From Psammoneis japonica (taxonomy: Eukaryota), in contig QPGO01000037.1 in assembly GCA_008632985.1 (NCBI GenBank), positions 62,001 through 126,000 on the forward strand: a DNA stretch of 64,000 nt. Direction: 5' to 3'. The notes under the pieces are model-generated. The model did not search any database, had not been told where the DNA came from, and worked only from the letters and a program-made list of their open reading frames with translations. The translations under genes were made by a program, and so were the position numbers. This document shows positions 24,478 through 38,749 of the stretch, one piece after another (position 1 is the first letter of the stretch; each line of letters begins with the position of its first letter).

Positions 24478-25424
24478 GTCCATCAACAGCCGAAGAACTG
24501 CTGCAATTGTTTGGTGTCATGTTTTTCACAAATCTTAATCCGCAACATGACTCCTCCTGTGCTTTTGTTTCACATTGTCATGTCATCCCCAGACAAGACG
24601 GAGGTGCAAATGTCCTGTGGCTTTGCATGACGAGGCCCGTCATGGCCGGAAACCTGACATTAGATGAGACATGTTCGGACCGTGGCATGGAGGCCATCCG
24701 ATCCACTCAGCAAAGAAGAGATGAGGCAAGGTGTCAAGTCGTTCAGGATCTCTACACGAACTCAAATGTTCGTGCATGCACTGTGTCCCTGCAGGATGGC
24801 AGCCCCGCTTGTCACTTGAATTGCAACACATCCACCAAGAATTTTGCCCAAAGGGTCAAGACGCGGTTTGGAACAGTGATTGATTTTAAGAAAAGTGGCT
24901 TTGTTCAGATCTGCATGGACTGCTGCTGGATGCAAAAAGGGGAGTGGCTGCAGTCGACACTCGGAAATTGCTTCTTTGGCGAAAACCCAAGGGATGTGAT
25001 GGAAACGTTGTTTCATCCAAAGCTCCAGAGGTGCCGCGTCATAATCCCGTGCACCATTTGGTCACTGACCCAAACCGCGCGCAATTTGGACAACATTTTG
25101 GAATGCGCACTGGTGCAGGCCATGACACAGGACATGGCATGTGAAACAGTGACGCTCTGCCAGGCTTCCCAGGAGATTGTGGAGGAGCACCGTGTGGATT
25201 GGCTGGGAAAATCATCTGACCAGGAAGCATTGCATTTGGGAGTCACGGAACAGGAAATTTGGGAAACGCCACCACATGAAGAAGCCAACTCAGTCCCAGA
25301 GTTCCTGCGAGAGTGTGGAAATTACAACCCGAAGGAACCGTTCCCGTTCCTGTCCTTCGAGAGGAGAATTCCCGATTTCAGGGATGAGTTAAGGAAATGG
25401 CCCAGGAGTTGTTTGCTGTGCTAG
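24474..25424 (+). pseudogene. Unknown transposon cargo ORF (316 aa), Tyr-depleted
   Basis: Long open frame abutting the 942 aa ORF; no recognised family. Confidence 0.4.
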
Positions 25425-25538
25425 TTCCCAGTCGGATTTGTGAGCAGATTGTCAAAGCAGGTGAGTGAACGTTGTCACTGTTGTCCTTGTCGTCCCAATC
25501 AAGTTTTCTGCTGCTGTTGTCGGATGCTCACATGCTTT

Positions 25539-28500
25539 TCACCTGCTTTTGTGAGACAGCTCTCCCCATGCATTTCTGCGGTCTTGAACTGCCCAAACAT
25601 GCTTTGTCCTGTCATGTGTCTCAGCAATGCCGGGTTGCTCCTCACACACCAACAATTTGTCGCCAACAGCATCGATGGGCACCAAGAAAAGCTTGGGTGA
25701 GCACACTGTTTGTTCAGTGGAGGACAAGTTGTTGTTCTTCACTTGGTCCAATTGCCAGCGACTAACCAGGTCGGTGTGTTGCATTCGTTCAACCATGGCA
25801 CGCTTGTCAGGCTGGCACGTGCAAGGGTGAACGACCGCATGCAAGTCACCGTCGCTTTCCCTTTGGAAGAAACAGCGAAGTCTTGACGGGAAGCACAATT
25901 CCCCCCTGGTTGTGCCAAATTTAACATTTGCCCAGTCGTGAGCCGGTCCTTCGCTGTTGCAGTCTGGGTGTGCGCGGCAAGTGTCTTTCCCATTCTTGTG
26001 GGGGAATTCGGTTTTGCAAACAAGGTTGACGGTGAGGTTGCCTCCTGCTCCAACGCATTCCCTCCACTTCTTTTGAAAGAAATGGAGCAGGACCGGGTGA
26101 ACCTGACATTGTTTTTGCTTTCCGTGCCAGAGAAAGCTTGCTGCATTGTTTGTCGCACTGTGGGTGATGGCAAAGGTGCTGCCACCCAGTGTGTGACCAT
26201 CGTCACCACATGCAACGTCCTTTCGTCCAACTCTCGATGTGATCCATGGGTTGGCCGACAACGCACGGTGCACCGTCATTTGGTCTTGCATGCACGACGC
26301 AACCTGACCCAGGAAGATGTCAAAGCTGCGTTGTTGTGCTGTGGCAGAGGGCAATTTGAAAAAATCCTTGAGCAAAGATTCTCCAAGAACAGCGTCAAAG
26401 TTCATGGCATGACGGAAACAACATAGAAAGATTGGAAGGTGAAGAAGCTCGTGAAGTTTTTGCAGCTTCCACCCAGCCCCTTCGTGTCCAGGGGAGCAAT
26501 GTACGATGCGAGACACCAGCAGCCGAATTTTCTTTGTGATTTTGGTCAGGTCAGTTGTGTCGGTCGGTGGGTCGCCAAGTTGATGCCAAGCATGGAAGGC
26601 AAGCAGGTCTTCCAGCAACTGGACGCATTGCCCAACACTGCAACTGAGGGGCTTTCTCTTTTTTTTTTCCTTTTCTGTTGATTGTGGCTGTTGCCTTCAT
26701 CCTCGGACTCGTCCGGTTGTTGTTCCACATGATCGTCTTCATCCGTTTTGTACGGATCATCTGCTCTGTTGTTGGAATGATGATCGTTGCCATTGTCGCA
26801 CTCTTCCGGCATGTGACAGCGATTGATTCGGAACCCAGGTGTCCCATGCCCTGACGGCAATGGAGGATTGTCTTGGTCTTCCTGGAGAAAACAAGATTCG
26901 CAGACATCTCTGCCTTCCTTTGTCAGCAGCAACAAATGAAAAACAAAGGCCATCCCCGCCCAATGATGTGAGTTGAGGCAGGTGAGTGATGTTGCCCCGC
27001 CCTTGAAATTGGTTCGTAAGAAAGAATTGCACGTGGATCGGTGATTGCCAAACATTTTTTCCACCAATCTGTCGACCTCGCTTCTCACTGAGTTTGTCAT
27101 GCTGTCGACAAAAACACCAACCTCCCTTTTTAAAGTTCCGTTTTCAAAAAGGTGCATCATGTCGCTTGCCGTGGAAAGGGTTGCTCCGAACGGCTGTTCT
27201 CCAAAATCTGCATTGAGCAAGCTGTTGGTGGGCACATTGTGCTGCTTCATGCAATGAAGCTGCTGCAGCCAGTGGTTCCTTTCTTGCTCGTCAAGACTGA
27301 GATCATTTGCGTGGTTCTGGACTGACAAAATGTCGCCAGCCCTGACTGGTTCGCACTCCTTCCAAGGGTCGTCAAGCTCATTGTATCCGGTCACGCAAAA
27401 CCTGGAACAACGTTGGTGACAGTTCTTGGCACCATGCCCACCCCACAAGGCAGTCACCACTCTTCGCATCTCCGTTGATTGGGGTTGTTGTTGGAATGAC
27501 ATGAAGGAAACGCATCTCATCACCGCGTCAAACGCAGCAGCAAAAGCCACCGTTTTCCATTGTGTCCAGCAGAGGCTGGAGCATTGTTGCCAACACCTTG
27601 TGACAAAACCCGGATGCTTTGGCCCTTCTCCGACTTTCGAGCGTTAGATTGCTGTTTGGCGGCGGAGGAGGACATTTTTTCTAGGTCGGGAATGTGACCA
27701 AGGACACGCCATTTTGCTCTGTCATGCCATTGGTTGCAGGCAACATGAGCCGACGTAACTGTGACGGGTTCTCTGCAGGAAGACGACATGGAGGCTGTCT
27801 TCCCAGTCTTGTCAACGTAAATTGTCAAACATTCGAGGAACTCTTTAAGAGGATCCAAGACCCTGGCTGCGCACGTGCTTCTGCACCACTCTCCTGCCAA
27901 AACACACTTGTCGTGCTTTCCCTTTGAGACATGCATTCCGCATGGATCGGCAGTGTCGGCGAGATCACTTGGGTTGGCCCATGTGCAAGCATCCAGCATG
28001 AACGATTCCCACACATCTTTGAAATTCCATCGCGGAACTCTTGCTGTTGTCTCACCGCATTCCCCATTGACGCTTTCTAGGTTGACTGGAATCATCTCAC
28101 ATTCCGGACCTGCAAAAGATTCACGTGGGTTCTCCATCAGTTTGGTCCGGCGAGGGATTTGCGTTCCAAGATGGAAGGCACTGCCACAGTGTCTTTCGAT
28201 GAACTCGGCGATCTTGTCGCACAGGTGAAGCGGTGCTCTGCAGTCATCTAAGAGCTTGCACAGCTCTACACAAGCACCGTTGAGGTTGCCAAGAGATGGC
28301 ATGTGCGCAAAGGCATCTTCGGCTGGGCTGCGGCACACCTTGCCCAATCGGCTGTCTTCACTCCGCGAATCATCTTCGTCTGAGCTGTTTGATTTGTCAG
28401 GATTTGTGGCTTCGGAGCCCTCCATTGTGACATCTGGCAGCGTGTCAAATGAGTCATCTGGTGACAAGCTGGCTTCGGAAGACAAGTCCAGGGACATGTC

Positions 28501-28941
28501 ATGAATTTCCTCATGATGGGATCGCGACCCAAGAGCGGAAATGTCATCATCAAACGGTGGTGATCATGGTTCATCGCTTCTGTCGTTTTTGTTGTCAGTG
28601 GACCCAAGCCTGATGTTCGCTGCGGACGCACCTCGTCTGGACCGCCTCAGCCGTGGCTGTGACACGTCATCTGATGAGGAGGAAATGTCGAGATCAACCG
28701 ACCCACGTCTGCGAGAGAATTTGTTGCCAACGTTGGAAGATTTAGCCGCAACCCTTGCTGACAACTCTGGCATTGGGCAGTTTGTGACTGCATCGCGACG
28801 TGACAAGTTGGACATCTCTTGAGCAAACGAAAAACACAGTGGGTCATGATGGAAATGGGTGAGTGTCCGTTTGAAGGATCGTTTGCAACGGGGACATGCC
28901 ACCACACCACCCCCACCCTGCCAACCACCATTTCCTTCCAT
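25539..28941 (-). pseudogene. Plavaka-type transposase with N-terminal zinc finger, frameshifted and hypermutated
   Basis: CPRCKRSF..H..C; LTIYVDKT; EPVTVT; WRVLGHIPDL; DMMHLFENG; WKLQKLHELLHL; NFDAVLGE; CRAHPDC..GPAHDW across ORFs 28564-28941, 27520-28497, 26546-27550 and 25539-26618. Confidence 0.78.
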
Positions 28942-29304
28942 TTGTCATTGCAGCAGGTTTGTGGGCCACCCAAACACATGTGTGTTCGAATGGCAGCACC
29001 GGTTCAGTTCGTGAAAAGTGAAACAGTTTGGGCAGCAAGGAAGGAAAACACGACACGAATTGGCGCGAAAACATGGGTGCATTGTGTTCTTCCCATCAAT
29101 GAAAACATCAACAGGTGAGAATGAATCGAATGCGTTGCGATGATTGACAACTTTGAGCATGAACAACTGGTTGCAAATGTTGTTTTTCTGCGGAAAGGAA
29201 AAAATGAGTTGTGACGTGACAAGCCGTGATGCGTTGCAGCGAGAAGTCTGGGAGGGGTGCACCCACACCTGCTACAGCACCAGACACAAACGTTGCAATC
29301 AACA

Positions 29305-30432
29305 ATGAATGTTGTTGTACAAAATGACCGCTTGACGGCACATTGGCCAAACGACTGCTGGAGGAGATTTGAAAGTTTGACAATCATGACGGCAGATGGA
29401 AGGCGACAAATCATGGAATCGGAGCACGAGGCAGCTTTTGATGAATTGGATCATTTGACACAAAGTTTGCCACAAGGCAGGATGGTGCATTCTGATGACA
29501 CGGGTGTGGCTTTGATCGAGTTTGAGAGCAGCACACATGTGGTTAACCTGCACCTACGCCGTGATGCGATGGACCTGTGATGCATGATGAATGAGGACGA
29601 CATTGAAGGGAGGTGGCGGGAACTGTGGAAGCAGAGGTGCAACCACATGGTTTGGCTGCACGAACATGTGAGTGATTGGAGCACAGAAGCAATTGAGTGC
29701 ATGCACGCCAACACAGGCATGATCTCAATTCACGACAACCTGAACTGGTTGAATGGCGTCGTCAACCGTGGGATTGATGCTTGCCATTTCCCAGAGTGTT
29801 GGGACTGCGTCGCGACTCACCAAGACAGGCAAGGAAGGATGTGCTGTGTCCACAGCACTCTGCACAATGAAGGAGAGAAAGAGCTGAGGGATGAATTTGC
29901 AGCGGGTGCGTGTGATGACACAAAACCAGTCATTGACAGGGGAGACGTTTCGAGATTGAGACGGAATTCGAGCGTCAGCATGCCGACCTGTGGCATGGAC
30001 GAGACAGGCACTTGCGGACCGTTGGGAGAAACATCGGCAAGGGGAGGCACATGCGGACTTGCAATGGACAAGAAGGGAATTGTTTGCGATGCATTGAAGC
30101 TGGCGAAGTGGTTCCAGCGTGACATCGTGCGAGACAACCATGAAAGACTTTGGTTCTGTGAGCAAATGGAGTTCTTCAGGTTGTCTCCACGGACAGTCAA
30201 TGAATGGACACTGGACATTATCTGGAAGGAGGATGGTGAGCGGGAGAAATTTCAAAGCAGGAGAAAGGAAAAGTGTTGGGTGGAGAGACGTCGTCACATT
30301 GAAGTTAACGAATTCGTGAGAATGGTCGGAGCGGAGACGAGGGCTTTCACCCACATGACTGACTGTTCCGACATCAGGCGATGCATCAAGTTGAGAGTTA
30401 CGAAGTTAGAGGGTGATGACGAATTGGACTAG
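29305..30432 (+). pseudogene. Unknown transposon cargo ORF broken by one in-frame TGA (29578-29580)
   Basis: ORFs 29257-29580 and 29584-30432 share a frame; TGA is consistent with CGA->TGA; Cys cluster PTCG..TCGPLG..TCG. Confidence 0.5.
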
Positions 30433-30870
30433 AGAAAACGATTTGGCACCAAAAAGGATGGATGTGCTCAGGCCCCAACAGCAAACCGGAATGACGTTAA
30501 AGCAGGTGAGGGGTTTGTTCATTGTGGTAAAAACAACTTTCACAGGTGCACGTTTCACAATGATGTTTTGAACAAAATGCTTTTGCAAGCAATTTACACT
30601 GTGGAAGTGGATTTCGAAATTGCAGCAAAAGAGAGGTTTGAACTGGAATTTGCAATGATTCAAAATTTTCACAAGATCACAAGGAGTGGCAAAATGGACA
30701 AATTGTGTGCACATTAAAAGATTTGGTCAATTCTCAATTATGTTGCATTTGAGAAAAAGGAATCATTGATGGCAACTGTGAGATTTTTGGCATTAAAGAG
30801 AGGTTTGAAAATTTTCCAACGGCGAAAACAACTGGGACACAAGGCATGGAGCCACCCACAATTGGCGACA

Positions 30871-32096
30871 ATGGCAAGGAAGAAGAAGAAAGGAACTGCG
30901 GGGGTGGCTGGAGATCAACCAACAAGCCCAAGGCCAGCCGCAGCGTTGGTGCGGGTGGGAGCCACTGGGGATCACCAGTCTACAAAGAGAGAGGTAGAAG
31001 AGGTGGTGCGGAAGGAACTTTTCCCAAAGGCAAAATTCCTTGTCAAGGCGGACATGGCAAGCAGTGGCAAAGTGTCGCGGCTCATCAGGAAAAAGACAGC
31101 CGGAGGAAATTACAGCAAGCGAGACTGGGCGGGAGCATGGGAAGACTGGGCAAAGAAGTGCGTCATGTGTGCAATTAACGTGAAAAGGAGCACGGTCACT
31201 CAGGCGATCAAGAACAATGCAACGGCTGGTGGGTGTTTTGTGGTGCACGGCATGTTGAGTGCAGTTGTGCTTGACACAACTGCACCTTTGTTTGTTGAAG
31301 TCGTGTTGACAGAGAATGAAGCAGAGGAGATGCACAGTCAGAAGCCGGCAGCAAAGGGCAGAGGTGGGAAGAAGAGCAAGAAGAGGAAGAAGAATGATCG
31401 CACGGAAGAGGAAGAGCCGTTCCTGGCGACTTGGGGGGAGGAGACTGTGACAACAATTGTGGAGGACAAGCGCAAGAACAAGGAAGCACATGCTTGGTTC
31501 TATGAAAACATCCTGAAATTCACAAAGAGCGCCACCACATGGAGAAGGAAGGTGGAGTCGGGTGAGACAAAGGCAACCGGTCTGGCTGCAGTGAGCGACA
31601 AGGCTCTGGCGCTGTTGATGTTGGAAAACCACTGGAAGAGTTGGGGAGCACAAGGCACGTCATGACAAGACTGTTGCAGCAGGGGGGGGTTCAGACGAAG
31701 AAGATGAGGAAGAGTCGGAACCAACACCCAAGCACACGGACCCGTCAAGGCAACGAGACTCGTGGAAAGATGCAGGGATCAAGCGATTCAACAAACTGCT
31801 TGCGGCAGCAAAAGAAAGACAGGTTGAGTGAGGAGGGCATGCAGTTTGACACATGGTGCAGCAAAAGCAAGAAAAGGAAGAGTGACGAAAGAGGCAAGGG
31901 ATCGAAAAGAAAGAAAAAGCAGGTGGAGGAGGCAAGAACACAGGCAACGACAGAGCTTTCAAGTGACGATGAGGAGAAGGAGGAAGAGGTGACGGACGAG
32001 AACAGAGGAGACGAGGACAGCGACGAAGGGGAGGAGGACAGTGATGCGGAAAGCGATGTGAATGTAGATGCAGATGGTGAGCGAGCTGTGGCATGA
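30871..32096 (+). pseudogene. Transposon accessory protein (helical, acidic C-terminal tail)
   Basis: VVRKELFPKAKF..INVKRSTVTQAIK..VSDKALALLMLENHWKSW, then basic and acidic tail over frameshifts. Confidence 0.55.
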
Positions 32097-32562
32097 AAAG
32101 GCAGCGGAGGCTTTTGTCAGTGTGATGATGGAAAGAGGACAAGCAATGTAGCAGGTTTCAATGTTGACAGTCACAAGGTTTTAATGAAGTGTCAAAGGGA
32201 TCATTGTTTTGTGATCTAACCTTTCGTTTGACAACCAGTGCATGCAATGGAACCAGTGCATGCAACAGAAGGTTCTCTTGACCAATGCAACGCAATGATT
32301 GGCATCAAATTGTTGTTGACCAAAACGTTGTGAACATTGCTTTCAAAAGGTAAAAAGTGACGGAATTCTGACAGTCAAGGGAGGGGTCCCACAGGCAAAG
32401 GAGGGGTCCCATGGTGAAAAATGTAACACTGTGATGTGCAATAAAAAATCACGTTCTACACAACTCACTCAATGTGAAACTGTTGCATTTGTGCCCCACA
32501 ACAGCACCAAAAATTACCCACAAGAAGGGTGGTCAGGATCACCACATTTCGCGCTCTGATGC

Positions 32563-35500
32563 CACTCCCAGAGTTTCCTTGGTGATGGAGGGTGAAAGCC
32601 ATTCGATCGGATGTCCAGTTCCTTCTGCATCCTCTACGCACATCTGTGGGTTGTCCTGGTCATCAGGATCACCATCTTCGTGAACGCACTCCCATCTGCC
32701 GTTGGACCATTTGAATTCGATTGGATGCCACCAACATTCATCCGGACGAGTGTCGCCTCCCGCAACTCTCATGCCGCCTGCAAAGTGGTCCAGTCCTCTC
32801 TGGGCTTCTTGGACAACTTCCCACCCCGGTTGTGGCGGATCTGTGGCTGTGTGAATGATGTCACTGTCATCGACGAATGCAAACCCCACTGTTCAAAGTT
32901 CCTCGTTCGAGATGGCCAGACGGAAGGCTGCCCCGTGACCTGCAGTCCTCATCATTTCAAGAACGGGAGCACTGACTGCTGCCCAAATCTGGGGGGCATT
33001 GCCGTCACCTTGACCGAGTCCTTGTGGAGGCTTGCAATCCGATTCAAAGTTGTCGGGGTCAAATTCGATTGCGAAGAGGTCGCCACCAAACGATTGCTCG
33101 GATCGACCACAAATTGTTTTTACAGTGTGCTCCATCTGCTGAAGAGTGGTGAATTTGCAGACAATTGGTGGTTCTGGAGCTCCTTTGCTTCACATTGCCA
33201 GTGAGGCACACGAGTGGACGACAAGGTCGTAGCACGAACGTAAGTCCACAGCGGTGTCCACAGCGTTGATTCTGTCCACTCGAATGAGGTCAAAAATCAG
33301 TTGTTTGTTCAGAGCTTGTTCTTCCGCTGAGTGACCCTTCCTGCTGCCGCACTGCTCCCGGGCAATCCATTGCCTGGGTTCGGCTTTCCTCATCATTTGT
33401 CGTCCAAGGATCTTGTTGTTGTTGTTTGCATCCACTTCGAAGCACAGAACAGGCCGCAGAGCATCCACGTGTTCTTGTCCTGTTTTCTTTGGGATCAGAA
33501 GGTCCACACCTTGTTGCCATCACTTTGGAGAGTGGCCTGAGACATGAGGAAAGTTTGCCATGGAAGCATCAAGTTGGGTGAGGGTGTCGTCAAAACGAGC
33601 AGCTTTGAAATGGGCGGTGTGCAACCTCGAAGGACCGGCGCAGATTTTTTCCTTCACTCTCTTCCAAGACTCCGTGTGTTCTTCTGTGGAGATCCACGGC
33701 TTTGCATCCACAGAGCAGTCAGGCGGGTGCCGCAGATGTAGAAGGTGTTCTCGTGCACATTGAGTTGCACCCGGTGGGAATTCATGCCATCTAGAATGGC
33801 GTCTGCGTGGGGCCCAACTCCGAGAAATTGGACGTTGTTGATGAGCGGCTCCTGCATGAGTGCGGTCCGGTGAGTTTGATGTGGTCTTAACTTGCAGTCT
33901 TGGAGGGCAAGAGTTTCCATTTCCTCTTTGTCTGTGACCTCTTGATTGGAGCTGTCTGCTTGTTTCTTGAGGAGACGTGTGAGTGGAGATCAGAGAGGTT
34001 TGCCGGAGATCCGATTGACTCTGCGATTCTGCTCCCCACTCTCTTCGCGGTTGATGAGCACCCGCAGTTGTGTTTTGGCGTTGGAGTTGTTGGCTTTGGC
34101 CAGCTGTTCCGCTCACTTCTCTAGAAACTTGCATCAATGATCAGGAGCATCTTTGGCGATTGCTCGACACTCTTTGTGGCGTGGTGACAAACCTGCCTCC
34201 AACTGTTCGAGAGTGAGGGTGTGCGCATCGAAGTCTTTTGCTTTCCTTTCCAGACGACGCATTTTCCCAGAGCTGATTGTGAGGCGTTTCCGTCGGCGAA
34301 TCAGGGCTTGACACAATTCGATTTGCTTGGACGCTCGTTTGAGCTTGGAGGACCAGGATTTGCCTCCCATGCGAAGCTTTCTGCATTTTTTGTCGGCGAG
34401 CCACACACCTTGAACTCACAATTCGTCAATTCTTTCCCATTCATCAGTGAGGTTGGGATGCGGGGGGGCAAGTGGCTTGCTTTTCGTTTCGAATGCTCCT
34501 GTTGGGAAGATTGTGTGTCAGTGCATGACGTTTACGAATTTTGTTGAATCTGCCAACAGTGACTGGATCGTCAAGTTTGAGTCTCCGAGTAGGGTGCCTT
34601 TTGAGTTCAGGGGGAAGCGCACCAAAAGCGGTCTGAAACAAGATGTCGATCCAAGCCATTTGGTGGTTGGATCCCGTGATTCCATCTCCAAAAGGCAAGA
34701 ACCCGCCCTGTTCGATTGTTGCACCTGCAGTGGCCCAGATGCCATCAATTGGAAGGGAGCCAGGGTTCCGTGTCGCCGGAAGTGAGTCCTCTCCGCAGCG
34801 CTCTGTCAGCAAATTTCTGAGTTGCATGGCTGAGAAGGTGTCTTTGATCTCGGTGGACCGAATGTCTTTGTTCACGTCGCCTGATGGAATGATTTGATCT
34901 CCGTCCGCAAGCCACTTGATGACCTCCTCGGTCAGGTCCTCGATCCAGGCTGCTCGGGGACATCTGTCATCATCGTGTTCGTTGAGATGCCTTTCATGCT
35001 GGGAGCAAACTGTCCTGGCGCCTTTGCGACTTGCACAGGGCCGGTGCGCTGCAACAATGCGAAGAGTCATGCCTGCTTTGCCACGGAATCGGAGCCAAGA
35101 CCACCTTCCCAAACTGGACGAATCTGTGCCTCTTGCGATCACTCTGTGTCCCGCTTGATCGATTGCCATTGGCATCGTTCTGCCTGGCTGGCAGAAAGAG
35201 GAATGTAAGTCGTGAACATTGCAGGTGGCCGAGATGGACGGAGGATGTTCCCAGTGCCCTCGGAATCTTTCCCTTGGTCGCTTGGAATGTGGGACGGTTT
35301 TCCAACACCTTCCAGTTTCATTCGTGCACAATGCATCGATGCATTTTTCTTGAACTGTGCGGTGCACACTTTGGTTTTTTTGATCTTTGTCGTCCAAGGG
35401 AAGGCCATTGATGTTCTGAAATGTGATCTGCAGGGCAGTCTCAGGTTTTTCATTGGTGCAAGCAGCACCATGTGTCTTGTTGTTTGATGGTTGTGTGGCA

Positions 35501-35580
35501 GACTTGTTGCTTGTGCTCTCTTGTTTGACATCGAGTTTTCTTTTTCTATTTCCATTGCGGCAGCCGCCTCTCTTTGTCAA
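32563..35580 (-). pseudogene. LINE ORF2 N-half: APE endonuclease and reverse transcriptase
   Basis: APE ITFQNINGL, NET, GRWSW, IVAAHRPC, SGDVN, PIDGIW, GSNH; RT LRPVLCFEVDAN, EQCGSRKG, DLRSCYD, GLGQGDGNAPQIW, FAFVDDSD. Confidence 0.88.
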
Positions 35581-38500
35581 ATGACCACATGGCCACCCAC
35601 CGTGATCCTTCTCTTCATGCGCTGCTCGGACTCACTGGCTTGGTCCCGTGCCAAGCCGGCTTGAACGATCTGAGTGTCGCCCTGGAAGGGATCCGACTCC
35701 CCTCCCTGCATTGCTGCAGTGGCTTCACTGGAGACGCTTTGCGAGGTCTCCATGTTATCGTCATGTCCGTTGCTCTGTTCACTGAGAACAGATCCTGTGT
35801 CGACAGATTGGGCGATCTTCTCCTTTCCTTTGAGGAGGGCAGATTTGACCAGCCCAACAATGTCTGCTAGAGTCATGTTTTTTGTGTCGACGTTGTCAGG
35901 GAGATGGGCTGCCAGATCCTGAATCTCGCCAGTGATGTTGGCCATTTTCTGTTTCGTGGTCTCCGTGGTTCCCGAGGTCTCATTAGATTGGTGTGATCCA
36001 GAAGATTTCTCATCTGTTGGTGGTTGCTTGGTCGGATTGACATGAGCATTTTTTCCTTTCCTGGCTTCTCGAGCCGAGGCTGGTGTGTCTTCGTCAAGGC
36101 CGCCTCATCCAAGCATTGCTGGGTCGACAGGTTCTGGAGCAGGAGGAGTGTTTTCAATTGGTGAGTTGTCTTGCATCACCTCAACTTGGACGTCTTCCAG
36201 ATTCTCAAAGTCATGGTCATCATTGTCTGGCTCCTCCACCAAAGCTTGGGTGCGTGGGTGAGTGGTTGCATGCTTTTCTTCGTCCCATCCAGCTCCTTCC
36301 ATGTCCTGCACATGGGAGGCAGCAAAGAACCTTTCAACACCGCGTCTGTGTCGATGCCGCAGGTGCGGAAGCAGGGAGTGAGCCATGGGAAGGGCCTCGG
36401 ACTCCACCTGTGGATGACATGTCACTGCAGCGGTTCCTCCTTTGTGCTGAGGAAGCACTCCTGCCTCCATGAACTGAGTGGATTTTGGTTTGTTTGGTCT
36501 TTTGATCATTGCGATCATCTGCCAAAGAGTGAGTTTCGTAGCTGGATCAGGTGCGTGGAGAGCTTGAACATTGTGGAGAGGAGCAATTTTTGCGTGTTTC
36601 AGGTGGGCTTGCTGCCGGATGACTGCCGTGTCCACAAGATCAGTCTCGGTTGGGCTGATGCAAAAGGAGCATTCGGGAACAAGCTTGGCGATGGTTCCGA
36701 GCGGTTTGTTGGGGTTCGATTTGGAGAACATTGCTTGGAGAGGACCTCCAGCGTTGTCTGCGTCTCGTTCGTCCATGATGATGTGCAGAGCTTTGGGTTG
36801 TGGGTGTGCAGCCATTGCGTCTGATGGTTTAGAGACTTTCCAAGCACGAAGCTCAACTGGCACCTTAAGACGAGAGCCAATTTCCTTTTCGAGCTGAGTC
36901 GGGTCGAGATCGGCGTGAGCCCACATGAGGAAAAAGCCTCCTTTGGTTCTTTCCGCCTTTTGAAGGACCTTGGGTTTGAGGAAGACTTTGAATGTGTCGT
37001 TGAGTGCGTTTTTAAGGATCTCCTGATTCTCATTGGGGTGTTGGTCCATTCCGAGTCGGAGATCGATCCAATTGTCTTTCTCCGGATTGAGACGAACACA
37101 TTGGAGATGCTGGCGCATCTGTCCGAATGGGAGCTTGGAGAACTGCTTCCGAAAGGTTCCGCCCTTGAGAGCAATGGCCTTGTCGCCGCAGTCTCCCGAC
37201 CACGTCGCCACTGCGACATTGTTGCCGGTGAGATTGCACGCTCTGTCCATGACCTCACCAAAAAATTTTCCAATTGAGACTTCTGGATTTTCATCCTTTG
37301 GGAGATTGGATTGTGCAGGGAGTTTGAGAGTGTGGCGATGCCAACATTTTCGAACAGTTTTGTTTGATTTCGAATTGATGGGGTCGAAGAAGGCCGATGC
37401 TTTGATGACTTCATTGGGTTCTTCCACCGGTGCCGTCTCCATTGACCGTGATTCATTGTGGAGGTCATTGTTTTCTGGTCCTTTCTTGACTCGTTTGTTG
37501 GGTTTCTGAGTTGTTTTGGTTTTCCCTTTGTTGTCGGGAGTGATTTGCTTGGTCGGTTGTCCTGAGCCGGCCTCATTCGCAGAAGTGGAGATGGCCTTGG
37601 CCGTTTTCGTGGCTGCCGCATCAGGGGCTCAAAGGGTGTTTTTTTTGTTCTCATTGGTCGTCTGAGTTTGTTTCTGGTTGGGTTTGGTGCCTTCCGAAGT
37701 GACCTTGGATTGTGCCGCCTTGAGGCTTGACAACAGTGTGGTCGATTTCTGTTTGTTTTCAGCTGGTTTTTTCCTGGTCGAGAGCGTTGTTCCTGTGAGT
37801 TGACGAGAAGTGTTTGAGGGGATCGTGGTTTTTGGATCGGTTGTTTTCAGCATGATTTCTTCATCGGAGCTGGAGGTCTGGTTGTCAGACAGTCCTGTGG
37901 TTTTGAATGGCTTGGGAACCGGCGGTGCAACACCAAGAACCACCACGTTGTCATCAGAGTCCTGGGATGGATTGGAGTGACAAAGGAACTCTCCGTCCTG
38001 TGGGGTTGTGCCACTGCTGACCGAGCTAGAGTCAGAGGACGAGGAGGAGGACGAGGAGGAGGAGGAGGAATTTGTTCCTTCGTTCGAAAAGGAGGAAACA
38101 CTCTCGCTGTCCTTGATCTTGGCCTGGAGTGTGGCGTGCCTGTGTGCTTCCTTTTTTTCAATGCTTGGTGACACGCGCCTTTTGTTGCTCTGATTGGAGA
38201 GATCATCTTGAAGGTCTTCGTCAACAGGAGTGTTCTTAATGAAATTGTTGACAAAATCCTCTTCAGAGTCGAGCGTCGAGTCGACTAAAGAGTCTTCGTC
38301 GCCGCCGCTTTGGAGAGGTTCATGCCTGTTTTTGTTGTGTTGATTGGTCGAACAAGGTGAGTCAGTGGGAGCTGAGATCTCTTTGTTGGAATCGTTCATC
38401 GATGCTTCCGGTTTCTCATTTTTTGCAGTGTTCTTGGGGGTCTTGCAGTTGCTGTTGTCTTCTTCGAAATCCATCTGTTTCTGACCGATTTCAGCCGTTG

Positions 38501-38666
38501 CGCCAGGAGAACCGTCAATCTCAAGAAATTTTTTGATCCCTTGCTGTTTCGGATGCATCCTTTTTTGCTTGCGCTTGTCGGGAGAACTCACATCGGTTTG
38601 AGAGGTTACTTTCTTGCTGGGTGAGGAGGCACCCTTGCGTTTGGTGCCGTTTTGCTTGTTGGCCAT
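35577..38666 (-). pseudogene. LINE ORF1 (long, low-complexity N-terminus), frameshifted
   Basis: Consecutive ORFs 37629-38690, 36105-37442 and 35577-35945; stop overlaps the start of the ORF2 frame. Confidence 0.65.
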
Positions 38667-38749
38667 GGTTGATTTTCGTTGCTGGTTCACGTGGGTGCTG
38701 GCACTGAGTTTGTGTGGACTTTCCGGGTCACTTTAGATGCTGATGCGCG

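Larger units (their letters stand above)
19902..32562. mobile_element. 12.66 kb Plavaka-type (CACTA/EnSpm-related) DNA transposon nested in the LINE ORF2
   Basis: Termini GCATCAGAG (19902-19910) and CTCTGATGC (32554-32562); 2 bp duplication CA (19900-01, 32563-64); removal restores LINE reading KETLGV-WPAPDGN; internal transposase. Confidence 0.88.
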
